64,000 nucleotides of DNA from Lama glama (GCA_028534125.1 CM052816.1:10976001-11040000), one strand, 5' to 3'; counted from the first letter of the stretch, positions 36,269 to 49,854 are shown. Numbers and translations are program-made. Notes: a model not told the origin generated them from the letters alone.

Positions 36269-38384
36269 CCAGGAATGATAAGCAGACAGAACTGCTACAT
36301 TAGACAGAAGAACGGGAGAGCGTGCAGCAGCCTCCTGAATCAGCTGACGTGGAGCTCGGCATCCTGGGTAGTGAACAAGAAAGCCCTGATCTAGCCATTA
36401 GGCACTCAGGAGTGGCCAGCAGTCCTATGAGCTTGGGCCTGTGTTTCCAGCTAAGGGCCAGGCAAAACACCAAGGGATCAAAGGGACCAAGAGCAAAGCC
36501 ACACCGTGAAGTTCTGCTCTGAAGCGCCTCTACAAGATCCTTTCCAGAAACATGGGACGGGGTCATGCTGCCATGGGCCACTGTGCTCCCTCCTACATGC
36601 CCCTCCTCCCTGACCTTTGGCCTCAGTTCTAGTCACACCTGCTTTGTCAGTCGCTGCCTACCTATATGGTTCCTCTCTGGCCTTCAGTATCCTTATTAGT
36701 AATATGAACGTACTATCTCTTCTGATGACCTCATACTGATGGAGTGATATAAGTGATGCAAAAGGGCTTTGGAAAGTGTAGTAAGCTACACAGATGGGAG
36801 CACTGACTTCTCCCCATTTCTGCCATTCCTGCTTCAGATCCGTTCTCCTATGTCCCATCCCCCAACTGCTCGTTTGATCAAACTTTGTCCCACGGAATCG
36901 GGACTACTACTAGTGCTCCACTACTCTGTGCCATTTCGCCTGACCACTCTGCAACCTAGAGGCTGGACCATTTCCATGGTTGGTGGAGCCTACTGACTGG
37001 CCCCAAAGGGAGTGGTATGTCCTCTTCATAAAGGGCATTCCCATCATGAGTGGGGAGATGTGGGCAGTGGTGTGAGATAACCACTGCAGCAGGGCTGAGC
37101 TTCTGCCAGTTACTCATCTTCACAAGATGAGTCAGCACAGGATGCCACTTGGAAAAATGACACTACCTGCAATTTCCCCATCTCAACCCCAGCCTCCACC
37201 TCCTCTTTCTGTTCCTTCTTGCTCCCATTATCCAACTTGCCTTCCTCCCCTGTCTCCTCAATCTTTTACGCCTCAGCCTGCTCCCCAGCACCATCCACTT
37301 CTTTCAGCTTTGGACCTGGCCTGTCTCCCTCCTCTGCCTTGTGTCACCCCTTCTTGCCACCCTAATTAAGGATTCCCATGCCTGGGTCTTCCCTTTTTCC
37401 CTCCAGACCATCCACTTGCCACCCAGTTCATCTTGCCCTCCTTGCTAGTTACTCCTTTGTCTTGCCCCTACTCCTCCTCCTAGCCCTTCCCTTGGACTCT
37501 GGTTCTCACCAACACTCCAGCTACCCCAACCTGATAATTCACAAGTCTCATCCTGGAAAGAGGTTCCTTACTAGTGGGACAGATCTGGTGAAGCTCAGTT
37601 CACAATTGCCAGGACTGCAGGTTCCCAGAAGCCTGACCTGGTGGACATACGGAATTCAAGATGATGGCCAGACAACATTCAGCATGCATGGTAAGCTTGG
37701 TTCCCTACAGAACCCTTTTTCTCTGATGGTGTTTTCAGCTCTGATCAGATCCTGGTTATCTTACTTTCTGCATTTTGCCTTCATCTTCATATTCAATCCT
37801 CTTCAGATGCCAGAGACACCCCTGACAAGTTCCTTTCTGTTCCTTTCCTCTCCTGCCTGATCAGCCAGCCTGCATGATTCTCTACATTTATAATCAGCTT
37901 CTCCATAGAACTTGGTCTGTGGCTACAGAACAAATAGCAAGACCAGTGATAGAAGGCAGAGAAGAGGTGGGAATAGAATGCATCTTATCTGATCTCTGGT
38001 GGGTAAGTACTATTGGTTTACACTGGATTAAAGTGAGCTCAAGAATAGGTGACCCCTGAGAACTCACACATGGGGCACAGGGTCCAAGACTCCAATTTTT
38101 TCAGCATCCTAGGATGATGGAACCTTGCTAGGGACTTTCTGCCCTTGAGAAACACCTCCTGCAGGAAAAGGATGGAATCCTCCATTGTGTTTTGTTTTGT
38201 TTTGTTTTAACATTTTTTATTCCTCCATTGTGTTCTTATCACAACTCTGAAGGTTGAGCCTCCGTCTGCTGCTTATATCCCAGAATGTGGAAGGTAGCCA
38301 AGTCTGGAAGGCAAGGAGAGGCCCAGATCCTACCCAGATGATAGCATCAGATGAACAGGTATTTTTTAAGTGCTCTCCTCAAAA

Positions 38385-38815
38385 TGATATAGAGATTCAA
38401 CGCAATCTCAATCCAAATCCTAAGAGACATTTTGGGAAAAGTTGACAAGCCATTTATATGGAAAGGCAAAGAGCAGGCAATAGCCAGGACTCTCTTAAGA
38501 AATGACAGGAACAGTTTCCCTACCAGATATCAGGACTTACTACAAAAATAATAGTAATTAAGATAGTGTGATACTGGTACAAGCAGAGGCAAAGAGACAA
38601 ATGGCACAGAACAGAGTCCAGAAACAGATTCACATATATGTGGAGGCTCGATTACAGATGCAAGTTCCATGGGAATAGGACTATCTTTTTCAGTAAACAA
38701 ATTCTGGGGCAACTTGATTCTCATATGGAAAAAAATTAAGCTAGATTCCTCCCTCATACTACAGTCAAACATCTATTTTCAGTAGAACATAGATCTGAAA
38801 GTAAAAGGGTAAACA
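38385..38815 (+). mobile_element. Old LINE-1 ORF2 fragment
   Basis: gattcaacgcaatc...taccagatatcaggacttactac...agaacagagtccagaaacagattcacatatatg; degenerate ORF2 with stops. Confidence 0.75.
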
Positions 38816-40224
38816 ATGCTCTTTTAGAACTGCTATAATCATGGTTGGCTATTGAATACCTGGGACATGCTATTAAGCATAAAATTCGCGCTGAAAATTT
38901 AAACACTTGGTATGAAAAACAATAAAATATCTCAATAATTTTTATACTGAAATGTTGAAATAATAATCTGAGTATATTGGGTTAAACATTTTAACTAAAA
39001 AAAAATCTGAATCCAGACCCTTCAACCTCAACAATTCCACTACGCTGTCCAGATGTCTTTTTACATGTTTTACAAAATTGTTATCAACAGCCACTTGGCA
39101 GAAATAAAGTATTTGTCAAGATCACTCTGAAATCCACAGCAGACCTGTATTCTCCAAGCCAGAAACAGAAGCAAGTTTTTCCTGTGGTTACAAGGCTTTA
39201 CCAGACATAGGATGTTCTAATCCGTATTTCATAATTCACTTTCAGAGCCCTGAAGCTCTGCTCTACAGTGATCCCCTCCTTTGCTAATTGTTCCCTCACC
39301 CTATCTGATGAGCACGTCCATGGAGAGGGTGGGATATTGGAAGTTCGTGGCAGAACAGGCCTAAAGTCCTAGGAGAGCCACCGTCCAAAGTAACGACTGC
39401 TGGCGACTCCCCTCAAGGGCCCCAGCCCAGGCTAGTCCCGTGTTTAACACCAGCTTTGCCCCAGGCTGGCCCCAGCTTCCCTGGGGCTGTAAAGTTCCCG
39501 TGCACCTCATCCTCTGAGCCGTTATGCTCTCTCCACAAGCATCCCTTGCCCTGGGGTGCACAGGCTCTGCACGGCCCCATGTTTCAAAGAAAATTCTGTA
39601 AGGTTTGCCATCCCTTCCAAGAAACGAATTCCAGGTTTCATCTAACAGGAGAGACAGGGTCTCTAGTCGGTCTAAGTAAAGTCAAACCTAGGGCCTTGGG
39701 AAGGATGACACCGACCAGAGGCTCTGCTAGTACCAAGAAGTCACTTATTGGACCAAAACCCAGAAGTTGAACAAACAGCTGAAACCAAAGCCTGTGTAAA
39801 CCCTCTCTTTTTCCACTGAATTATAGTCTAGCTCCCTTCTCCCTGCCAGAGGGAGAATGAGAGAGAGAATTTAAATGAGAATCTACCCTTATTCTGCATG
39901 ACTCAGAGCCAGAACTAATAATAAATCAGTGGAGGTTGAACAAAGGCAGATTTGAAAGGGTTTTTCTCACTGGTCATGGTATTGACCACAGGTCAGTGTC
40001 AATTCTGAATCACTAGAAGCATCAAGCAGAGTTCAGGAAACTGGAGAACCACACGTGGATGTGGCAGAAAAGGGTGCTTTGTCGAGTGGAGCAGTGAGAG
40101 AGATTTTAAGGGTTCTTTCAAGAAAGTCTCAATACTTAGTAGAACTCTAGAAACAGTTTGATATTGATACATCCTTAAATTCATACACACACATCAACGC
40201 ACACACCAAGCCCCGTCACATAAT

Positions 40225-40440
40225 GTCTAAGGGCCTGAGCTTTGCAGTTAGACAGACCCACTTCCACCACTCTACAGGTCATGTGACCTGGAGCAAGTTC
40301 CTTAACCTCTCTGAGACTCACGACCCTCATCCATCCTGGCAATAATAATGAAACCTGAATCCCGGAGGAATTGTGAGGATTAAGTGAAATAGTATAAAGA
40401 ACTTAGAACATGGTAAGAAGTCAATAAATCATAGTTATTA
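40225..40440 (+). mobile_element. MIR SINE
   Basis: tgtgacctggagcaagttccttaacctctctgagactca...ttgtgaggattaagtga. Confidence 0.7.
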
Positions 40441-42643
40441 ACATGACTGGTCTCTTTGTAGTCCCCAAACATAGCATATTCATTTTTTTCATTTTTCAGA
40501 TTCATGAAGTAGAATTGTTACAACTTGACTGCACATATACAATGTATTGCATGCAAATACATATACACAATATATTGCACATATTTTTTATTTTACATAT
40601 ACGTACTATTTACTGTTTCTAAAAATGTTTAGAGCACCAGCTTTTTAAACTTACATAGTTATCAAAGGAATAAAACCAACCACAAAATAAGAATTCAAAA
40701 AGATACATACATCCCATAGCGTATTCATTTCTAAATCTAAGTCTTTAGTCAGAATGTTCCCTCCTGAAAATCATGTCCACATCCCCCATTATTTCATCCA
40801 TTCTACAAGGCCCAGGGCAGACAGGGATCATGACTGTAGACTCAGGGAAGGAAATGTAACTCTAATACAGTACTTGCTTCTATCAAAACCTACATTCTCT
40901 TTGACCCATAAATTTTACTTTTATTATTATATTCCATACAGATGTATGAGTATATGTACATAAAGCTATATGTGCTCAAGGATATTTATAGCAACACCTT
41001 CAGCAGCTGCAAACTGGAAACAACCTAAATATCCATCAAGAGGGAACTGCATGGTCATTTATGGTACTTGCACGCAGTGACTATCCTGCGGATGTTAAAT
41101 TGAGTGGGCAACGCTACCTCTATGGAAATGTAACCAGCAGTCAAACATTAAGTGGGGGGAAAATGAATAGTAGATGTAGTATAGTAACATTTGTGTTTCA
41201 AAAAGAGCAAGAAGAAATCCTACATACATATGCTTGAATAAACACAGAATATGTCTAGAAGGGCTTTTAAATAAATAGCTACCTCTGGGAAAGAAAACTG
41301 GGGTGCTATGGTCCGGGAGAGGAAAGAAATTTATTCCTCAATGAATATCTATTTGTAGTATTTACATTTTTACCATATGTATGTACTAATTTTTTAAATG
41401 TTTCATGTGTATGTGCTAATTTTTTTAATGGTTTAAGGTCATTAAAATTAATGGTTGAGCTCCAGCCTCTCCTCCTGGAGGAGGCAGTCCCAGGCTGCAG
41501 TCCCAGGCTGCAGCCCCTGGTGGTCTCTCGTCCAAGCTTCCAGAGCCCTGAATGCTCCCTGCTCTCCTCCCCTGCTGCCTTGACTGACTACCTGTGGATC
41601 ACCCAGTCACCCTTGCTAGATTACAGCTCATAAAAGGACAGCACAAAATTATAATATGGAAAGTACTGTAACAGAGGTCCATGAATATTGAAATGTGGTT
41701 TCTGGCAAGCTGAAGAGACTTTGGATTTAAATTGTTGAGCCCCAAGCTCAAATATCTGACAGATGTTCTAAGACCTTATGAAGCACAAAATAAATAGTGC
41801 TTTGAGATATCCAGTCCCTCTACCTTCGTTTGCGGTCTGCTAACATCAAGGGCACCAAGATGAGCGTCTCCCCTGTTCAGAATACACCCCTGGAGTGAAG
41901 AGACAGTTACAAAGTTTTACAACAGTAAGATGCCCAAGAGTTCAAGCTTGAAATCTGAAAAAGAAAAAACTTCAAGTGACAAGACCTCTCTAGGTGGGAT
42001 CAGAATGAGTAAGAATCCTTTTCCAGGATTACCAACCTCCTTCCTGCTGCCACAGTAAGACAGACAACCTCCAAGGGAGGTTTTCCTGGACCATAAGAAA
42101 GTGACACCCAGCCTGCCAGATTATTTTTACCTAAAGAGCTTGTCTGCTTCTCTCTCAAACTATTCTGTGAGTTTTCTTTATTTTTTAAAGGAGAAGATTT
42201 CATTACCCCATTTTCATAGCTTTTTGTCTTAGTTTTCAATTCCATCCAAACTTTCCCCCACCTCCCAGCTGCACACTCTCTGGCTGATTCAGGTGACCAA
42301 GTTCTCCTGGCCCCGGTGTGGGGAGTACAGGAAAAGTGAAGGACGGAGCCCACTACATTTCGGTCCTCTTGGCTAATATTCACTAATCAGCCTACATGGG
42401 CAGATGGTGCCTCCTTGTCTGTAAAATTCCCGGGGTCCCATGGGGTTCTTTTTCCCAAAAAGCCCCTGCTGTTCAGAGCTTGATGAGAATCTTCATGTCT
42501 CTGGTTAGTAAAGGGACCCCAGGTGCTGCTGGAGGAGAGGGGATGCAGAGATTGTGAGGGGCAGGGGCTGTAGAGTAAGACTCCTCTGCCTCTCAGCTCA
42601 GGCCCTCCGTCAGGAGAGATCACTGATCTCTGCTTCTGGGAAG

Positions 42644-43388
42644 TAAAACCAAGTCCCCGAAAACCGAGCTCCCCTCACAAGTTTACGATTCATCTCTCTC
42701 TCCAAAACTTTATTCCCTTTCTTTGTCCCCCCAACCCTGTTTCCCTCAGGACTGAGGAATATCAAAGAAAAGGGGGGAGCTGAAACCAAGCAGGACCCCA
42801 AGGGGCCTTCCTGGTGACAAGGGTGGCCTCCCCTCTTTTTTGTAGGAAAAAGGCTTTAGTCTCTTAGGCAAGTTCCAAAGAGCAGACTTCAGCGGTTACT
42901 CATCAGAGGAGTGATGGGATGCAGAAACAAAGGAAAGGCAGGGAACAACAGTTCAGCAGTAGAACAGAGTCTTAGCGCCCTCTCAAGGGGTGTACGTAAC
43001 AACCTGCTGTACCTCTGAGCTGTTCTGCAGAACCTAAAACCCCCGTCCCCCAGGTGGAGTGTGGAGACTACATGCTGACCACAAGTACGCAGACCCTGGA
43101 CTGGCTCGAACCAGAAGGTTGGTGATCAAGACTCCGGAAACACGACCCTGTTACCTCATCACCAACCAGTCAGAAGAAAATCCAGGAGCCACAGCCCTCA
43201 TCCTAACTGTTGCCTTTAAAAACCCTTCCCCGAAAGCCATACGGGAGTTCAGGTGTTTTGAGCACAAGCTGCCTGTTCTCCTTGCTTGATGCCCTGCAAA
43301 TGCCGTATGCTCCTTCACCACAACCAGCTGTCAGCAGACTGGTTTTGTTGCATGGTGGGCAAGGAGACCCAAGTTTAGCTCAGTAAAA
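42644..43388 (+). mobile_element. ERV1-type solo LTR with ~137-bp leader and internal PPT
   Basis: Starts taaaaccaagtcccc; PPT aaagaaaaggggggag at 42764-42779; second start tgaaaccaagcagg at 42781; TATA-like ctttaaaa; ends ctcagtaaaa. Imperfect 4-bp flanks gaag/gaaa. Confidence 0.7.
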
Positions 43389-45115
43389 GAAATGTCTCCA
43401 GAAACCAAAACCTCAGTTTTATACGTGGGCTCCTTTAGCTATAGTAGGATTTCCCAAGGATGCTTCAAAGAACACACGTTGTACAGGATGTAAATAAAAC
43501 AGGCAAGATTCTCCAGGCAAGTCCACTGGGACTGGCAGACTTACTTGTTACAGGACTCATCAGAGCCTTTATTGGGCAGCTCGTGCATCCACAAGGAGGA
43601 CATCTAACACGCAGTATCTCGTTGTTATTGGACAAAGTACATCCTTGAGCAAGTCATTGCATGGCTACCAGTCCTCAAACACCCTCAGGAATGTGCAGTC
43701 GCAAGAAATGCCTCTAAGGATCTTCTTTACAAATGTTTCTGTCCAGTTACATCAAGGAGTTGGCAGAAACGTTCTCCAATGTCCTCACCACCTCCGATTT
43801 CATGACCAGCTGAAGGTGGCAAAATACCAGGACCCATTATTTCTTGTTTCTGGTGCAAACTACTTTATTCAATTAAATCAAAACACGGGTAAGAACAAAA
43901 GCAGCAACAACTAGCTAATTTACTTTTTCCTGAGCTGTATCTGCCAGGTCCCCTACAATGTTTCCTAAAAATCTTCCTAGGTATTCTAGAAGGTGGGTTT
44001 CCCATTTCACAGATATGGAAAGGCGACCCTACAGATGTTAAGCAGCTTGCTCCAGCTCGCACGACCCAAGAGTGAAAGAGCCTAGAACTCCTGAACGGCA
44101 AGTTATGCAGAACCATCACGTGTGCAATGAAACCCTAGTCCCTCAAGATAGTCCTGGGGGCAGAGGGGAGGCAGTGCTCTTCCTAGAAGCAACACCACAA
44201 ACATTAGCATCAAAGTGGCTTCCAGAAGACTTTCCACGTTCCAAACAGGGACTAGCATAGGTCTGGGCACTCAGTAGGCTAGCAATGAAAACCTCTGAAT
44301 GAGTCACCCTCTGCTCAAAAATATTCGGCCGGCAGAACAAAGCACATGCAGAAGAGGAGAAAGCCAAGAAAGGAGACAGAGGAGACAGGAGTCCAGGGCC
44401 CATGGAGGTACACAGCCAGCGAGACAATCCCAAGGCGGGAAAACAGCTGGTTCATTTTATGAACCAAATTTGCCATCTTTTTCTAGATTTGGGGGGAGCC
44501 AAAACTGACAAAACTCCTAGAAGTCATCCTCTCTCTCACTCACTCTACCCTCACCCACATTCAATCTATCAATAGATTCTCCCAGTACACAGGAGCTAGT
44601 ACCAAATTCCAGACCTTCCAGAATAGCTCCTCAGCCCGGCCACTTACTGACATCTTCCCACAGGCCCTACCCTGGGCCAAGCACCACCTCTCACCTTGAC
44701 AACTGCAGATCCTCCACCTGCTCTTCCCACTCCCATTCCCCCCCCCCCACTACCTGTGCTACGAACAGTGACCTCCCCACCTCCAACACAAGTCAATTTA
44801 CGTCATACAGCTGCTGAAAACCATCCAGATGTGCAAGAATACAGCCCAAATTCCCGATTATGGCCTTCCAAATTCTGCCTACCCCTCTGATCATTTCAGA
44901 TCACACTTGCCTGTCACAATGCCCTCCTTTCTGCTTCTAAAATGACCTAATCTCCTTCCCATATCAGATTCAATTTGCAGCTCCCTTTCACAGAACACTC
45001 TCCCCTGAGATCTTCACATACCTGGCTCCCTCCTGTCCTTCAGGGGATGGCTTCATTGTCACCTCCACAAAAAGGCCTTCCCTCACCTCACACCCCATTT
45101 CACTCTGCATGGCAT

Positions 45116-45833
45116 TGAAACCAAGTCCCCCTAACACTGAATTTCCCTACTGAGTTTATGATTAACCTCTCTATCCAAAATGTTACTCCTTTTCTGCCCA
45201 ACACCTGGTCTCCTCAAGATTGGGGAGTACCAAAGAAAAGGGGGGGACTGAAATCAAGCAGGACCTTGTGGGGCCCTCCTGAGTACAGATGCTTTCCATG
45301 CCCTCTGTTTCTAGTTTGTAGAAAATAGGCTTCATTCACCCTCTCTGACTTTGCCTAAATTGCAAAGGGTAGATTCAAACAGTTGCTAATCAGGGAAGGG
45401 AGGGAATACAGAAACAAAAGGAGGCGCAGTCAAGAAACAATAGTGCAGCACCAAGCAGGGGGCCTGGCTCCTCCTCAGGGAATATACACAACAACACCTT
45501 TGAGATCTTCTGCAGGAACTAAGGCCCCCACCCCAGGGGGAGGAGGGTAACTTCAGGCTGAGCACAAGGTTCCTGGAGCACCAGTCAGAAAAAAATCTGC
45601 ACATGGAGGGAGATAATGAAGACTCTGACCCCCTCCCCTTATGATTAACTTCCCTTTCTCCCTTTAAAAACTTATGGTTGAGCAGAATCTTTGGAGTTCA
45701 TTTTTGGACACGAGTCTGCCTTCTCCCCAGGTTGCCAGCCTCCTGAATAAAGCAACCTTTCCTTCCCAGCCAACACCTGCCTCTCAAATGTTGGCTTTCA
45801 AGTGGCCAACAGTCGATCCTGAATTTAGTAACA
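45116..45833 (+). mobile_element. ERV1-type solo LTR with ~133-bp leader and internal PPT, inserted in an L2
   Basis: TG...CA termini (tgaaaccaagtcccc...gaatttagtaaca); flanks gcat/gcac; PPT at 45232-45247; second start tgaaatcaagcagg at 45249; TATA-like tttaaaa and AATAAA present. Confidence 0.8.
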
Positions 45834-47189
45834 GCACCACCCTATTTTGTCACCATTACAAGAAACATTACTACCTGAAATTTGCTGGTGCACCTGCTGT
45901 GAACTCATTTTTGGTCTGTCGTTCAGACTGGAATGTAGGCTCCAAGAGAGCAGGGCCTCTCATCTTGTTCAAAACTTCCCCTCCATGGCACATTATTAGG
46001 AGCTCACAGAGTAGTTACTGGGTGAATGAGTAGATAGTCCCTGTATTGGTGATTCTTTGAGGGAATGTAATAAGGGAGTCACATCTAGCGGTGGCAAGAA
46101 GGCTGGGGACGAAGAGCAGTGCCTGTTGGACCAGCCCTCCAGGAGAAGATGTCACAGCACAGAAGACACAGAAGCTTCACCCAAGGAACCTTCAGAGACT
46201 CTGAAGAATGGCTTGGAGGCCCTGCCACAAAATGTGGTGCAAAGAAATGGCAGCTCCATAAGGTTGGGGGACTCAGAATTGTATGATTTAGGTTATCTAA
46301 TTTAATCTTCACAACCACCCACTGGAATTGGCAGGAGCCCTAAACTCACAAAATGAGGAAATGCAGGTTTGGAAAGGTTGAGTCACTGCCTGGTGGCAGA
46401 GTCCTCACACTCCCACACTCCCTGTCAACAACTCTGTATGCTGGGTTGAGTTATATTTACTTGGTGGCATTTGCCATCTTCCCAGATGCCCATTTTTGGT
46501 ATCAAATGCTTCCTTGAGTCAACTGAAAGAAAACTGCATTTTTCAGACAGCAAATTCAAGGTCTCAGAGGGAACTTAGCAGTACTGTGTTTACAGATTTA
46601 TCAGCTCTTTGTCACCTCTGCGAGGCTGATCCTCTGTCTGGTGGAGGGCAAGACTGGAGAAGAAACATCTCTAGAAGAAGGTCGGAGACTCAGGCGTTCC
46701 AAAGAGACCACCACAGAGGAACTGGCACTGAATTCCAGAGCTGACAGTGACTATGCCGGGGTTGGAATTTATAACCTTTAGTTTTCCTGGCTCCTCCTAA
46801 TGTGATTTTTCCCTGCAATGATATCTCTGAGTGATGAATAATTGACATAATATTCAACACGTATGAAGATCGATGTGATCCCAAGGCTATCAATCTATCC
46901 ATTTTAATGCTCCCTTTGCCCACATCCCTGATGGGCCCAGAGATGAATGGGGGAGGGGAAGTCCTGCAGAGCCTGAGGGTGAAGGTGACAGAACAGCTTC
47001 AAATCACAATGTCCCCAGGATTGCGTGGGGGTGGGGAGGAGAACTTGGACTCAGCGGCACCTTGTTAAGACTCCCTGGGGAGCCACTAGTCAGGCACAGA
47101 GGCAGACTCCAGTGATGAATAGCACTCTCATGCCTTTATTTCTTAGTGTCTTTTTTTAGTTATAAGATGACTGTAAAGAATCTAGATGC

Positions 47190-47295
47190 AGAGACATACA
47201 CACAGATACATACATACGGAGAGAGAGACACACACACAGATATACACACAGATCCATGCACACACAGGATACATACACACATGGACAGACACACA
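47190..47295. repeat. Degenerate (CA)n/(GA)n microsatellite
   Basis: gagacatacacacagatacatacatac...cacacacagatatacacacaga. Confidence 0.8.
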
Positions 47296-47999
47296 ACCTG
47301 AGTTTGGCAGAAGCCTGCTTTGTTTTCAGATGGCCTGCTAGGCTGCTCCCTGTTTAGGTTTAAAAAATACTAAATGACTGCAGGGCAAGCTTCATCTTTA
47401 GAATTAAAAAGATGGGGAGAATCTCCCCAATTGGGGAAATTTAGTATTTTCAACGTCTTGCATGACAATAAATTCCTTAAAACTAGGTTTTGAGAAATAT
47501 TCCTAAGGCTCCTTTTCTTCTCAAGAATCATGGGACCAATTCAAGGACAAGCATATGTTGTAATTTTAAGAAGTTTCTCAGCTTCCTTCTGTGAATGGGC
47601 TCCCATTTAACCTATTTAACAGTGATGATAATAAAAGTCTTCTGAGCAGTGAGAAGACCAATACATATGGATACAAGATGTTAAGGTCACTGTTACAATT
47701 ATTTATTCTGTTCCATTAAGTAAAATTTCTAGCACCCCTATAAAACACATTTCCCCGAGGGACCAAGAACACTAACCACATGCCATCCTCTCTCTCAATT
47801 CCCCAGGCAGATCGGAACTGCAATGCTGCCACGTGGCAATCCACGGTCTTGAACTTCTCAGTTAGTCTCAAGGTGATCAGATAACTTAAACTCATGATGA
47901 ATATGATACAGAGTCATCTGATACAATTACAAAATATTAAGAATCTGAGTCATTAGGGAAAATATTATGTTCCCTATTGACAGACATTATCAACCGAAC

Positions 48000-48210
48000 T
48001 CTTATTTAGGCCGGACACTACATGAATAGGTTTCATTCATTATCTCATGTAATCCCCACCCCATGCCATGAGATGCACTCTTAACCCTACTTTCAGATGA
48101 AAAAATTGAGGCTAAGAAAGACTCAACTGTCCTGTAGGTAAGTGGCAGAACAGAGTTTGGATCTTCCTCCCTGTCCTCTGAAGTTCTGACATAAAGCCCA
48201 CGTCTTAACA
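48000..48210 (-). mobile_element. MIR SINE
   Basis: tcattatctcatgtaatcc...tttcagatgaaaaaattgaggctaagaaag. Confidence 0.7.
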
Positions 48211-49854
48211 ACTACATCATTGTATATCATTTCTAAGTGGCCAAACTCAACCCTATTATTTTAGGGGGAGATGGTGGAGAGAAATCCCTTGTAAGCCTAT
48301 ACATTCTAATATGTGCCCTCAAAAAGCTGCAGTCAACTTTATTTACTACAGTTTCTGAAGTCACAAAAAGGATAGGTTCCATGCTAACAGTCCCAAGGGA
48401 TCAACCAACAGAACATCAACTATCTTTATTCCCCAGGCAGATCTGAACTGACTGCTTCAGGATATTTGCCGCTAGTGAGCTTCAGATAGTCTCTAAACCC
48501 CTAAAGTTACAGTCAAATTTATCTGTATCTACATGAGTTTTTCTGGGATGAAAGTTTACAGCTTTGATCAGTTTCTCAAAGGCCTACAGCACCACTAGAC
48601 TGGAGACAGACAGTATTTGGATACTGCACCAAGAGAAAAACTCCTAGACACTGCATCTTCCTCAGAATGATGGTGGAGACACCCACAAAATATCAACATT
48701 TCAAGGAATTAAAGTTGTATTAAAGGTACATGATTTTTTAACTTTACTAAGAACTGTATACCTGTAATCATATAACAATGTAACTCCATCTTCTTGAGTC
48801 CTCTCAAGCTTTATTTGGGACAGCCTAATTTAGAAAGAAAGGAGTCTTCTGAATCACTTTTGGCCTTGGGCAGTCTTGCTGGCACTGCAGCAACACCTAG
48901 CTTTCCCTAAGGCACATCTGTAATCTTGATCTCTATGACACTACTTCAGGGACAGGAGTAAAGTATCAGTAAATCGAAGCATATTGTTAAATTTTAAAAA
49001 ACTGAGTATGAACAGCATGCTTCACATACTTCTATTTGTTGTGTTTATTTTACTTTGCGGTTTTTTTTGTTTTGTTTTGTTCTAGAGAAGGGGAAGAAGA
49101 TGAGGTGGCAGCAAGAAAAGATAAATACATTTGCTTGTTTTCATATAAATTGCACGTTAGAAACTAACACTGGCTGCTTCATGGGTTGGGGGGGATAGGG
49201 TAAGAAGGAGACACTTAATTGTTCGCTTTTCTAATTCCTGAATTTGAAATCATGTAAATGTATATAGCTTTTAAAAAATACTTTCAAGCCAACTCAAAGT
49301 ACAGGTTTTCACATTCATTTCCTATTTGATTAAACATCATTTCTATTGTCCTTAACTGAAATACATGCCACTGGAAGTTAAGTAGCTTCTTTCTAAAGTC
49401 AACTGGAGGAAGTTCAAGCCCATGAATTGTCATACCAGCCTCTTAGAGCTTAGAAAACTCTATCGACTATTCCTAGACATTTAGAAAATACTACTGCTTT
49501 TGGTTCCAAGTATGGCAATCTATACTGACGGAAACTTTTGTTTCACTATTGCCCGACAGCATGATCTTTCTGAAGACTAACCAACAGCGAGATAGCCACA
49601 CTTAATTTTAGATTTACCTTAAGTGGTGCTACCAAAAAAAGTCTCTCAGGCAAGGCAATGGTCAAGGAACAGATTCCTTCTATGAACTCTAAGTTTGAAT
49701 TTCAACAGTCAAAGACAACCTATGGTCTATCACTATTCATTCCTCTGACTGGTAAACTTTTTGATACTAATTCAAAAGTTATCTCTACTTCAAAAGTATT
49801 AAAATGGAAGGCAGGTAGGAGAAGAACACAAATACTCACTAGCACAGCTAAATT

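Noticed and set aside
37378..37860. 160-aa ORF with a hydrophobic, signal-peptide-like stretch
   Set aside because: Derived from pyrimidine-rich low-complexity DNA; no recognisable domain or supporting exon structure.
41380..41520. Short tandem duplications (a ~30-bp AT-rich pair; gcagtcccaggct x2), also at ~6267 and ~62435
   Set aside because: Ordinary slippage products. They have no spacer structure, so they are not CRISPR-like or otherwise informative.
42644..45833. A provirus bounded by the two related LTRs
   Set aside because: The LTRs are too divergent from each other, each has its own TSD-like flanks, and the intervening DNA holds MIR/L2 fragments with no PBS or gag/pol/env.
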